Positions 46,227-55,272 are shown, counted from the first letter of the stretch. The stretch is DNA of 64,000 nucleotides from Terriglobia bacterium (GCA_963748015.1 CAVVHE010000004.1:768001-832000); one strand, 5' to 3'. Made by a program: numbers and translations. Notes: a model not told the origin generated them from the sequence alone.

Positions 46227-47882
46227 ATGGCGCGTCGAGCGATGAACGCCGTCAAGGGTCTCCTCTGGCCGCGGCTCGGCCGGGGCTTCATGCCTCTCGC
46301 CGCCGCGGCGCTGCTCGCGTGCGCGGACGGCCCCGCGCCCCCGAGCCGGGCCGGCACCGTTCCCACCCTCGCGGCGGTTCCGGGGCGCACCTCGACGCTC
46401 GAGCCGGCCGAGGCGCTCCCCGCCGTCGCGGGCAAGGCGGAGGTGACGCTCGACCTGTCCCTGGAGAAGACCGCCGTCGTCGCCGGGGAGTCCGTCCCCT
46501 TCACGCTGACGGTGAGGAACAACGGGTCCGCCGCGATCACGGTGCCGCAGCCCTCCCCGGGGAGCCCGGTCTTCTCGATCCGGGTGACCTCGGCGAGCGG
46601 GTTCTCAGCGGCCGGGGACGCTTTGTCCCTCGCGGCGCGCGAGGGGGAGCGCACCGAGCCTCCGCGCTCTCCCAGGACGGCCTCGCTCGCGCCGGGAGCG
46701 GCGACGACCCTTCGCGGGGACGTCGTGGCCTGGATCGGGGGGTTGGATCCGGGGAGCTACGTGATCGCTGGGTCTTGGGAGGGATCCCCGCCCGCTCGCG
46801 CGGAGTCGAAACGGGTGGAATTCCGGGTCGCGCCGGCCGCGCCCGTCTACCTCAGGGAGGGGGGGCGAAACGTCTTCCTGGCCAGGGTCGCGAGGGATGC
46901 GGCGTGGATCCAGCGCGGAAGCGCGGGTTACGAACTCTACCTGCTGCGGTCAAGCCCCTGGGCGCCGGACGTCGTGCGCTCGAACCGGCCGATCGTGCGG
47001 CTCGAGACTCCCGTGGGCGCCGTGCCGGCGTCGTTCAACTCGGGCACGCTCGACGCTCGCGCCGTGGCGTGGATCGACGGCGGGGCCACCCTGCGCGTCC
47101 TCCGCGTGCCGGACGACGGGAGCAAGGTGACGAGCCGCGTGACCCGTCTTCCCGCCGCCGGGATGTCCCTGGTCGAGCCGCCGTTCGTGGACGAGGGAGG
47201 CTCCTTCCTCGCGGTCGTGGCGGCGAAGGACGGCAAGAGCGCGACCCTCGTCCGGTTGACCGCGGAGGGGTCCGCTCTGTTCACGCCGTTCCGGCTGCCT
47301 TCCCCGATGGGGGACCAGCGCGCAGCGCTCTGGGCGCCCGATGGAACGGTCACCGCCGTGTGGACGACGGCGGGCGGCGGGGACGTCCATACCGCTTCCG
47401 CGACGCTCGCGTCCCTTCCCGCGGAAATCCCGGCGCGGAAACTGGCATCGCTCGAGGGGAAGGCGGCCGCGCTCGGGCTCGCGTCCCGCTCCCGGGATTC
47501 CGGAGAGGGCTACGACATCGTCTTGTTCGCGCTCACCCAGCACGGCGAGTCCCTCGTCGAGACGCGGTTCGACGTGGGCACCGGCAAGACGGAGGGGGAG
47601 CGCCGCGTTCCCGCGGGCGCTTCCGGGATCCTGAGAGCGCTCGACGCCGAGGTGGGACAGGACATGGCTGCGCGCTACCTGCTGGCCGGGCCCTCGGGAG
47701 AGGTGTCGATACTGGGTGCCGCCGGGGGAGGGCTCGTGTCGGTGCGGGACGCGGCCGGCGGACCGCTGCGCGACAGCGCCTCGCCGCAGCTGGCGCTGGC
47801 GTGGCGTCCGGGCGCGTCGGTTTCGACCTGGATCCGGTACCTGGACGGCGGCGGGAGGATCGTCGCCGTGAAGACGCCCTAG
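46227..47882 (+). CDS. Lipoprotein paralog of the previous gene, putative periplasmic immunity protein
   Basis: Lipobox-like 'LLAC'; colinear similarity to 44737..46194 from N- to C-terminus. Confidence 0.6.
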   Translation: MARRAMNAVKGLLWPRLGRGFMPLAAAALLACADGPAPPSRAGTVPTLAAVPGRTSTLEPAEALPAVAGKAEVTLDLSLEKTAVVAGESVPFTLTVRNNGSAAITVPQPSPGSPVFSIRVTSASGFSAAGDALSLAAREGERTEPPRSPRTASLAPGAATTLRGDVVAWIGGLDPGSYVIAGSWEGSPPARAESKRVEFRVAPAAPVYLREGGRNVFLARVARDAAWIQRGSAGYELYLLRSSPWAPDVVRSNRPIVRLETPVGAVPASFNSGTLDARAVAWIDGGATLRVLRVPDDGSKVTSRVTRLPAAGMSLVEPPFVDEGGSFLAVVAAKDGKSATLVRLTAEGSALFTPFRLPSPMGDQRAALWAPDGTVTAVWTTAGGGDVHTASATLASLPAEIPARKLASLEGKAAALGLASRSRDSGEGYDIVLFALTQHGESLVETRFDVGTGKTEGERRVPAGASGILRALDAEVGQDMAARYLLAGPSGEVSILGAAGGGLVSVRDAAGGPLRDSASPQLALAWRPGASVSTWIRYLDGGGRIVAVKTP

Positions 47883-47900
47883 GCGGGACGGGAGGACGCC

Positions 47901-48221
47901 GTGCCACCGATGGGAAGGCTCGGAGACAAGTCGCAGGTGGCGGCCGACATCCACGGTTGCCCGGCATGTCCCCACCCGGGAGTCGGACCCGCGATCATCG
48001 GTTCGCCGACGGTGCTGGTCAACAACATGCCCGCGCTTCGGGTGGGAGACATGGGTGTCCATGCCGCCTGCTGTGGTCCGAACATGTGGACCGCAACGAA
48101 GGGGAGCGCGACGGTCCTGATCGACGGGAAGCCCGCGCACCGCATGGGCGACATGGATCAGCACTGCGGCGGGGTGGGGCAGCTGATCGAGGGGAGTCCC
48201 GACGTGTTGGTCGGGGGCTGA
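47901..48221 (+). CDS. PAAR-domain spike tip protein (Cys/His-rich type)
   Basis: Three PAAR-like motifs (PMGRLGD, PALRVGD, PAHRMGD); 'GSPTVLVN', 'GSATVLIDG', 'GSPDVLVG'. Confidence 0.93.
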   Translation: MPPMGRLGDKSQVAADIHGCPACPHPGVGPAIIGSPTVLVNNMPALRVGDMGVHAACCGPNMWTATKGSATVLIDGKPAHRMGDMDQHCGGVGQLIEGSPDVLVGG

Positions 48222-48259
48222 GCCCGCGCGGGCCGCCGCGAATCGAGGTCCCGTTCGAG

Positions 48260-49342
48260 ATGAGAGCGGATCTGCTGGAGTGCGCGGGTATGGTGTGCCC
48301 GAGGTGTCGCGGCCCGGCGCGCGGCGCGATCCCGCTCCGGTTGGAGCAAGTGCTCGCCCGGAAGGGGGACGAGGTGCTCGAGGGAATCCTGGCCTGCGGA
48401 AGGCCGCAGTGCGAGGCGAGGTATCCCGTCCTGCGCGGCGTTCCGGTGGTGGTGAAGGACCTCTCCCGGTGGTGGGAGGCCGAGGGGCGCGGCCTGGTGT
48501 GGCCGCCCCCGGGGGATTCCGCGCTCGCGGGACTCCTCCAGGACCTGGAGGAGGGAGGCCGCCCCGCCCGGGGGCGGCGCGGCCTCCTCGGATGCCAGGT
48601 GGAGTTTCACTACGGCGCCGGTCGGTCCGGGACTTCCCGGCTCGATCCGGCCGGGCCGCCCGTCGAGGACTACTGGCGCGTCGTCACGAAGCTTCTCGAC
48701 GTCCCGGCCTCAGGTCGGCGGGGCCTCGTCCTCGACCTGGGCTGCTCCGTCGGGCGCGCGACGTTCGAGCTCGCGCGCGGGAGCCTCCTCGCGGTGGGGA
48801 TCGACCTGAGCCTGGAGCAGGTCGCCTGGGCCGAGTCTCTCAGGCGAGGGGACCGCGTGACGTACGAGCGGCTTCGACACGGGCGCACGTACGAGCGCAT
48901 CACGCTCGACCTTCGCATGCCGGAGAATGCGTTCTTCGCCGTGGCGGATGCCCTCGATCCGCCGTTTCTCGAGGCCACGTTCGACCTGGTGGCCGCGTTG
49001 AACCTCCTCGACAGCGTGAGCCTGCCGCTGGTGCTGCTGGGTCAGATGGACGCGTTACTGAAGCCGGGAGGGGATCTCGTGGTCGGCTCGCCCTACGCCT
49101 GGAGCGAGGACATCGCCGACGCGGGCGAGTGGCTGGAACGAGACGGCGCGACGCCGGCTCGATTCGTGCGGGAGATTCTCGAGGGAAGGGCGCTGCCGGC
49201 GACGGGGCTCCGCTACTCGATCCTCGAGGAACGGGACCGCGTCGCGATGCCGCTCCGGCAGAACGATCGGCACGTGTCGGTGTTCGACGTCCACCTCCTC
49301 CGAGCGCGGCGAGCGCTCGCGGGTGGGGGGGAAGTGCATTGA
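48260..49342 (+). CDS. Class I SAM-dependent methyltransferase with N-terminal Trm112-like zinc knuckle
   Basis: 'CPRC...C...C..RYPVLRGVPV'; motif I 'VLDLGCSVGR'; 'GIDLS', 'ADA', 'LKPGG'. Confidence 0.85.
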   Translation: MRADLLECAGMVCPRCRGPARGAIPLRLEQVLARKGDEVLEGILACGRPQCEARYPVLRGVPVVVKDLSRWWEAEGRGLVWPPPGDSALAGLLQDLEEGGRPARGRRGLLGCQVEFHYGAGRSGTSRLDPAGPPVEDYWRVVTKLLDVPASGRRGLVLDLGCSVGRATFELARGSLLAVGIDLSLEQVAWAESLRRGDRVTYERLRHGRTYERITLDLRMPENAFFAVADALDPPFLEATFDLVAALNLLDSVSLPLVLLGQMDALLKPGGDLVVGSPYAWSEDIADAGEWLERDGATPARFVREILEGRALPATGLRYSILEERDRVAMPLRQNDRHVSVFDVHLLRARRALAGGGEVH

Positions 49343-49397
49343 GCTCGCGGAATCGGCCTTAGGAATCAGCGCCCGCACGACGGATGGGAGGTGCCGC

Positions 49398-50240
49398 ATG
49401 CCCGCGCCGCAGGCCGCGATGATGCAACAACTCGCGCGGCTGCAATTCAGCAGCTTCGCGATCAAGGTGCCCGTGGAGTGGTCGAATCCATCGGGCAAGG
49501 TGCCGTCGGGCCACTACCGGGACGCCTTCGAGCCGCCGGAGCACGTCACGGTGCCGGACCTGGGTCTCCCGCTCTTCCTCCCGGCGTCGCCCAACAAGTA
49601 CCACACCGACACCCAGAAGGACATGAACCAGAAGTTCGGCTCTTTCATCGACGGAATCTGCACCTCGATCTGCTCCGCCTGGAGCACCTGGCAGAGCACG
49701 GCGACGCTGGTCGGTGTCGTGATCAACGGGCCGGTGGCCGCGGGCGGGTCGGTCGTCGGGCCGCCCCTCGGACCGCTGATTCTCTCGTCCGCGCCGAAGG
49801 CGACACCGATGGAAGCCAAATTCTCGAACGCCATAGCGAACGCGATCGGGACCGGCTGGCTGTCGTATCAGAACACGATCAAGGTGCCCGGGCTCCCGTG
49901 GTATCCGGCCTTCGCGGCCTTTCCCGGTCCAGTCGCCCCGCCGATGCCCAACGTGCCGATGCCCCTCATCGCGCTGGTTCAGGTCCCGGTGTCGTTGAGC
50001 AAGGCGGCCTTGAAGGGGCAGATGATCGGTCTCCTGGGGGACCCCAAGGCGCAGCACCACAAGGAGCTGTTCGACGCGATCGCCGACGCCTTCGAGAAGT
50101 GCTTCAACCTATGGAAGGGTACGACCCAGGTGATGAACGTCCTGGGCATGGGCCCGATCCCCACCTTCGCCCCGCCGTTCGTCCCCGTGGGTCCCGTCGT
50201 CGGCGGCGTCGGGAACATGACTCCCGGAGGGTTCCTCTGA
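49398..50240 (+). CDS. Hypothetical protein with three internal helix-strand repeats; last gene of the T6SS operon
   Basis: GGAGG RBS then ATG at 49398; coding-like composition. Confidence 0.75.
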   Translation: MPAPQAAMMQQLARLQFSSFAIKVPVEWSNPSGKVPSGHYRDAFEPPEHVTVPDLGLPLFLPASPNKYHTDTQKDMNQKFGSFIDGICTSICSAWSTWQSTATLVGVVINGPVAAGGSVVGPPLGPLILSSAPKATPMEAKFSNAIANAIGTGWLSYQNTIKVPGLPWYPAFAAFPGPVAPPMPNVPMPLIALVQVPVSLSKAALKGQMIGLLGDPKAQHHKELFDAIADAFEKCFNLWKGTTQVMNVLGMGPIPTFAPPFVPVGPVVGGVGNMTPGGFL

Positions 50241-50258
50241 GCTCGGGCCCGTCGTGCG

Positions 50259-51047
50259 TCACCCCGCCAGGGTCGCGGGCCCGATCAGCTGCACGACACG
50301 CTCTCGATAGGGATCGGAGAGGCCTCGGGCCGCCTCCACGTCGAGCAACTCCTCGAAGATCGGGATCCCCGACAGGCGGGTCGCGCTGAGGATCACGCGG
50401 TCCGACGGCCGGAACGTGGGGATCGACGCGGTGACCCTGACGAGCGGTAGCTTTCCGGTCTCGGGCGACTCGGCGATCGAGACTCGAAGCCGGAGCGCCT
50501 CGAGCAGCCTCCCCAGCGCGGGGTTCCGGTCCATGAGCTGCTTCATGACGAGGGCGTTCAACGCGAACTGCTTGAGGTCGGCGTCGCTCCGGCCCGCGCC
50601 TCCCGCGAGCATTTGCCGTGCCTGGGACAGGCTGATCGGCGCCTCGTGCATGAGGACCCACGAGAGGGGCGAGCGCACGGAGAGAGTCCGGGTCTCGCCG
50701 TCCACGTTCACCTCGTGGAGATACTCCCACCGATGCAGGACGAGGTCGGTGGAGATCGGCTCGACGGGGGAGTCGAGGCGGTTGGGAAGGCGGAAGGGCA
50801 CCCCCGAGACTTCGCGGTACGCGGCCTGGAGCTCGGCGAACGTCTTGTCCGCGTCCTTGACGTCCTCGTGAACCGGCGACTTGACGTGGTCGCCCAGGAG
50901 TCGGCGAGGGAGGAGCAGGGGGCGCAGGCAGGCGAGGCGGTCTTCGGCCTCCTTGCGCACCCATGCGGAGACCGCTTCGGTGGCGGCCCGCAGGCTCATC
51001 ATCTGCTCCAGGGTGATCTCCATCCCGTCCTTCGGTGCGTCCGCCAT
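50259..51047 (-). CDS. Hypothetical protein co-oriented with the TssB-TssC fusion
   Basis: GGAGG RBS; 16 nt downstream of the fusion stop; globular composition. Confidence 0.75.
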   Translation of the reverse strand: MADAPKDGMEITLEQMMSLRAATEAVSAWVRKEAEDRLACLRPLLLPRRLLGDHVKSPVHEDVKDADKTFAELQAAYREVSGVPFRLPNRLDSPVEPISTDLVLHRWEYLHEVNVDGETRTLSVRSPLSWVLMHEAPISLSQARQMLAGGAGRSDADLKQFALNALVMKQLMDRNPALGRLLEALRLRVSIAESPETGKLPLVRVTASIPTFRPSDRVILSATRLSGIPIFEELLDVEAARGLSDPYRERVVQLIGPATLAG

Positions 51048-51063
51048 GACGAGGCCTCCGGTT

Positions 51064-52953
51064 TCAGGTTCGAAGCGGCCAGCGCAGCTCGAGCTCGCCC
51101 GCTCCGGGCAGCGATTGCGAGCCCGGCCAGCGAACCTTGAGGTACAGGTCCATGCCCGAGGGGTCCTGCTCGTTGGGGAGGACGGCGACCTTCACCGCAT
51201 CGGGCTCCGGCCGGCCGGCGGACCCCAACAGGGAGCGCAACGCCCGGTCGTAACCCGCCGCGATGTGCTCCGCGTCCCGCCCCGGCACCAGCAGCCCCTC
51301 CACCAGCATCGCGTAATTGACGAGGCGCCCCACGAACATCTGGAAGGGGAGGGTGGACTGGAGCTTTGCCCTGGCCTTGTCCGCCGCGTCCTGGTAGTGC
51401 TGGGGCGCGTGGACGGACGGGGCGAATCTGAGGAACGCGCGGTCGGAATCGAGAGGGGACGACAGCGCCATGACCCCGTTGATCGTGAGGTCCCTCTCGA
51501 CGTCGTCGGAGAACGAGGTCTCGAGGGGGAACGAAACCTCCTGCGCTCCGGGCCGCTCGTAGAGCCGCACCGGAAGGTCCTCGACGGTCCCCGACGAGCG
51601 CTGCCCCATCATGTCCGTGCACCAGCCGATGCGCGCGAACGAGCGGATCGCGAGCAGCGCCACCGCCCACACGGGGCTCCCCCAGAGATGCCGGCCGTCC
51701 GGCCCTTCGCCGGCGCCCTCGCGGTAATCGAACCCCCGCGCGCCCCACTCGCCGGGTGCGTAGGGGGGGCGGAGCAGGAACCGGTTGAACGCCGCGCCGA
51801 GCCAGCGGGACGAGCCGGACTCCCGGAGCCCGCGCCACTTCGTGTACTCGGGCGAGGCGAACAGCTCCTTGAGCCCGGACTTGCGGGCGAGCTCACCGAT
51901 CCGCGAGAGGCCGAGGAAGGGAGCGCCGACGGACGCGATCACCGGTGCCGAAAGGGCAGCGCCGCGGTCGGCGAGTCCCTGGAGCAGCTCGACATCGTCC
52001 GGTGCGCGGTCGAGCTCGAGATCCACCGCGACGAACGCGACGGGCTCCGGCGAGATGCTCTCCGTCTCCGGCGCGACCACGAGCTCGTCCAGGGCGCTCA
52101 GGAGCTGCTCCCGCCCGCAGGCCACGACCTCGACGCGTATCGGACTCTCGAAATCGGTTCGTTGCACCAGCAGCTTGAGGCCGCGCCAGGCCGCCTCGAG
52201 GCGGCGGATCTCGCTGTGGTGGAGGAGCGCATCCACCTGGGCCGAGAGGGCCGCGTCGATCTCGCGTAGGGCTCCCTCCACCGCTCCGGCGTCCGGAAGC
52301 TCGGACGCGCGAGAGGAGCTCGCGAGATGGCGCACGAAGGCATCGAGACGGTCGAGGTCGGCGCCCCTCCCCGAGGGGCCGGTTTCGGCGGGGCCGGGCG
52401 CGGCGACCTTGCCGAGGAGGGCATCGAGCCCGCCGCCCGCTGGCGCGGCAGGAGAAGGGGCGGCGGCGGGCGCGCTCGAATCGGAGGCGATCGCCGCCCT
52501 GACGATCTCGATCAGCGGCGTGCGGCTCTCCATCGAATCCAGGAGCGTGCGAACGTCGGCAACGCGCGCCTTCGCGGTCCTGAGATCCGCGAGAGCGCCC
52601 CGCAAGCGTAGAAGGTCCCGCGCGGCGGGGATCCGTTCCGCCAGGGCTTCCGGGCGGAACGACTTGAGCCCGGGAAGCTCGACCTCGACGATAAGGGGCT
52701 CCTTGCCCCCGCCGAGGCGGTCGGGCACGTCGACGAATGCCCGGAGGCCGAAACCGGCCATCACCTCGTCGAAAGACTGGCGATCGATTCGGATCCTGCG
52801 GCGACGCTCGACGGAGCGAGAGGTGCGGAGATCCCTGGGCAGGAGCTCGGCGAAGATCACGACTTTCAGCGGCATCTGGGGCACGGGCTCCCCGGTGGGG
52901 CCGAAATCCGCGTCCACCTTCTTCACGCCACCCCCCCGATCGTCCAGGCTCAT
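51064..52953 (-). CDS. Single-chain TssB-TssC-like sheath fusion protein (divergent second copy)
   Basis: N-terminal TssB-like 'MPLKV...RIDRQSFDEVM...SFRPEAL..RIP...L..LR'; TssC-like 'LLHH....LEAAWRGLKLLV', 'KWRGLRE', 'RFLLRPPY', 'LWG', 'VEDLP', 'LPF'. Confidence 0.85.
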   Translation of the reverse strand: MSLDDRGGGVKKVDADFGPTGEPVPQMPLKVVIFAELLPRDLRTSRSVERRRRIRIDRQSFDEVMAGFGLRAFVDVPDRLGGGKEPLIVEVELPGLKSFRPEALAERIPAARDLLRLRGALADLRTAKARVADVRTLLDSMESRTPLIEIVRAAIASDSSAPAAAPSPAAPAGGGLDALLGKVAAPGPAETGPSGRGADLDRLDAFVRHLASSSRASELPDAGAVEGALREIDAALSAQVDALLHHSEIRRLEAAWRGLKLLVQRTDFESPIRVEVVACGREQLLSALDELVVAPETESISPEPVAFVAVDLELDRAPDDVELLQGLADRGAALSAPVIASVGAPFLGLSRIGELARKSGLKELFASPEYTKWRGLRESGSSRWLGAAFNRFLLRPPYAPGEWGARGFDYREGAGEGPDGRHLWGSPVWAVALLAIRSFARIGWCTDMMGQRSSGTVEDLPVRLYERPGAQEVSFPLETSFSDDVERDLTINGVMALSSPLDSDRAFLRFAPSVHAPQHYQDAADKARAKLQSTLPFQMFVGRLVNYAMLVEGLLVPGRDAEHIAAGYDRALRSLLGSAGRPEPDAVKVAVLPNEQDPSGMDLYLKVRWPGSQSLPGAGELELRWPLRT

Positions 52954-53107
52954 GGCACCCCTCCTTGCTTCGCCTCTCCTAGCGGTGCCGGCCGCGGGGC
53001 TCCCGCCGGGGCGGGCGGGCCCTTCGGGCCGGTGCACGGATTCTCGATCATCTTACACGGGAAAGAAGCGGCGGAGCGCTCTCATTCGGGGGCGTCGTGC
53101 GCCGGAA

Positions 53108-53470
53108 TCAGGATCCCAACGCGCGCCGGGCAGCCTCGACGTCGGGGTAGAGGGGGATCACCTGGAGGAGCATCGTGGTGGAGAGGAGGCCGTGAACCTT
53201 CGGGGGCGCCGCCGCCAGGACGAGCTTGCCCGAAGCCTTGGTCAACGACACGAACGCCGAAGCGATCGCTCCGAGGCCAGCCGAGTCGACCCGGACCAGG
53301 CCTTGGAGGTCGAGCACGATCCGGTGCGCCCCCTTGGCCTCGAGCTCGTGCACGGCTTCCAGCAGGAAACGCGTGGCGTCGTAACCCCAGAGATCGCCGG
53401 CAAGGTGGATGGACACGACGCCGTTCGCCTCCCGGATCTCGCGAACGGGTGATTCGCCGTCGCCGCTCAT
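53108..53470 (-). CDS. STAS domain anti-sigma factor antagonist
   Basis: 'IVLDL..L..VDSAGLG' with the phosphorylatable Ser. Confidence 0.88.
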   Translation of the reverse strand: MSGDGESPVREIREANGVVSIHLAGDLWGYDATRFLLEAVHELEAKGAHRIVLDLQGLVRVDSAGLGAIASAFVSLTKASGKLVLAAAPPKVHGLLSTTMLLQVIPLYPDVEAARRALGS

Positions 53471-53545
53471 GCCCCCTCCCTCGTCACGCACCCCGAGCCT
53501 GCGCCACTGCCGCGGTATCGCGCGCTCGTTTCGCAATCCTACGGA

Positions 53546-53554
53546 ATTGTAACA
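53546..53554 (-). promoter_or_regulatory. Extended -10 element for the STAS gene
   Basis: TGTTACAAT on the minus strand. Confidence 0.45.
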
Positions 53555-53629
53555 GCGCGGGCAGCGGCGGGCTCGTCTTTCAGGCGGCGGGCGCGTAACA
53601 TCTTTCGGGATGCAAGGAGGCGGGAGCTC

Positions 53630-54526
53630 TTGAATCGGACACGTTCGCTGGTGTGCGCGACGGTGCTGGCGGTGGGAGCGCAGCTCTCCGCCATCGCCGC
53701 GGAGCCGGCTCGCAAGCCCCCGACTGCCCCGGCTCCGCCCTCGGAAATCGCGCCCGAGGCACCCGCCTGGCTCGGCCTGTTCCTCGGGGACGAGCCGGAC
53801 GGCGGGGTGAAGGTCGTCGTGGTGGCCGACGGGGGGCCGGCGGCCAAGGCCGGAGTCCACGAGGGGGATCTCCTGATCTCGGTGAACGGGAGGTCCGTGA
53901 CCGATCGCCGCAGGCTGAGACAGGTTCTCGAGGGCCTCAAGCCCGGGGAAAAGATCGCCCTGGAAACGTTGCGTGACGGGAAGAGCGAGATGCGCGTCGT
54001 CGAGGCGGAGCCCAGGGTCATTCGCCTGCGTATTCCCGAGCTCGCGCCCGGAGGGTCGGTCTGGCCCGGGGTGCCCAACGAGAACGCCCCCTTCCCGTCG
54101 GACGGCGACCCCTTCGGGGCGGCCTCGGCAGGGGCCACGGTCGTTTCCATTCCAGCAGACCTCCGGCGTCACTACGGGGCGCCCGCGGACGCCGGGGTCC
54201 TCGTGACGGGGATCGCGCCCGGAGGCCGCGCCGGCGCCGCGGGGGTCAAGGTCGGCGACGTCGTGGTCCGCGCGGGCGGGGCACCGCTCCGGGAGCCCGG
54301 TGATCTGGAGTTGCGCCTTCTCCGGCATGGAAGCTCCGCTGCCCTGACGCTCGAGATCCTGCGGGGCGGCAAGTCCCTCTCGGTTTCCGTACCCGCGGCC
54401 CCGCCGGCGCGCTCGGACGAAGCACGGGCGAAAAGGCTCGCGGAAATCGAGGCCGAGCTGGCGCGACTCGCCGCCCGAAAGAAGGAGCTTCAGCGCGAGG
54501 TCGAGCGGCTCGGGAGCGGTCGCTGA
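53630..54526 (+). CDS. Exported protein with two PDZ domains and C-terminal coiled coil
   Basis: Signal peptide; 'AWLGL', 'GPAAKAGV..GD.L..VNG', 'AAGVKVGDVV'. Confidence 0.85.
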   Translation: MNRTRSLVCATVLAVGAQLSAIAAEPARKPPTAPAPPSEIAPEAPAWLGLFLGDEPDGGVKVVVVADGGPAAKAGVHEGDLLISVNGRSVTDRRRLRQVLEGLKPGEKIALETLRDGKSEMRVVEAEPRVIRLRIPELAPGGSVWPGVPNENAPFPSDGDPFGAASAGATVVSIPADLRRHYGAPADAGVLVTGIAPGGRAGAAGVKVGDVVVRAGGAPLREPGDLELRLLRHGSSAALTLEILRGGKSLSVSVPAAPPARSDEARAKRLAEIEAELARLAARKKELQREVERLGSGR

Positions 54527-54572
54527 TCGCCGTTCGCGGCCCCGCGGGGAACCCGGGCGCGAGTCTCCTGGG

Positions 54573-55265
54573 CTAACGGGCCGTGGCGGTCCCGTTCCCG
54601 ATCGCCGGCAGCAGCTCGGGGAGGTCGCGCAGCGAGCCCAAGAGGGTCGCCCCCGTCGCGGCAAGCTCCGCGCGATCCGACGATCCGCCGGGAACGAGGA
54701 CGACCCGCACTCCTGCCCGCGAGGCGGTCTCCACGTCGAGCACCATGTCTCCGACGTAGATCGCCTCCTCGGGCGCAACGCCCATGGCTCGAAAACAGCG
54801 TCCGAGCATCGCGGGGTCGGGCTTCGTCGTTCCCGCCGTGTCCGGTCCCTCGATGGCGTCCAGGAACGCGGCGATTCCGAGTTGTTCCAGGATCGGGCGG
54901 CCGAAGCGAGCCAGCTTGTTGCTGGCGACGGACATGCGAAACCCGCGCGCGTGCAGCTCGCGGACGGTCTCGAGGGCGCCGGGAAGGGGCTTCGTGCGGG
55001 TCGCGTACACGCTCGAGTACCGCTCCCGGAAGATCAGGGCCCCGGCGGTGGCGCGCTCGGGCCCGAGGACGTCCGCCATGAGGGCCTCGAGGCCCCTGCC
55101 GACGAGCCTGCGAACGTCGGCCTCGGACAGCGGCTCGAGTCCGAAGCTCTCCCGCGCGGCGTTCAGGCTGGCCGCTATGGCGTCGTAGGAATCCACCAGG
55201 GTGCCGTCGAGGTCGAAGACCACGCCGCGAACGGGGGCCTCCGGCCGGTCGAGCCAGCCGCTCAT
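54573..55265 (-). CDS. HAD-superfamily hydrolase (phosphoglycolate phosphatase-like)
   Basis: 'FDLDGTLVDS', 'SNK', 'KPDP', 'YVGDM..D'. Confidence 0.9.
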   Translation of the reverse strand: MSGWLDRPEAPVRGVVFDLDGTLVDSYDAIAASLNAARESFGLEPLSEADVRRLVGRGLEALMADVLGPERATAGALIFRERYSSVYATRTKPLPGALETVRELHARGFRMSVASNKLARFGRPILEQLGIAAFLDAIEGPDTAGTTKPDPAMLGRCFRAMGVAPEEAIYVGDMVLDVETASRAGVRVVLVPGGSSDRAELAATGATLLGSLRDLPELLPAIGNGTATAR

Positions 55266-55272
55266 GCCGGCA

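Noticed and set aside
46208..48259. 1044-aa ORF 46208..49342 as a fused giant methyltransferase
   Set aside because: The upstream part is a shadow of the lipoprotein and PAAR genes; only 48260 onward looks coding
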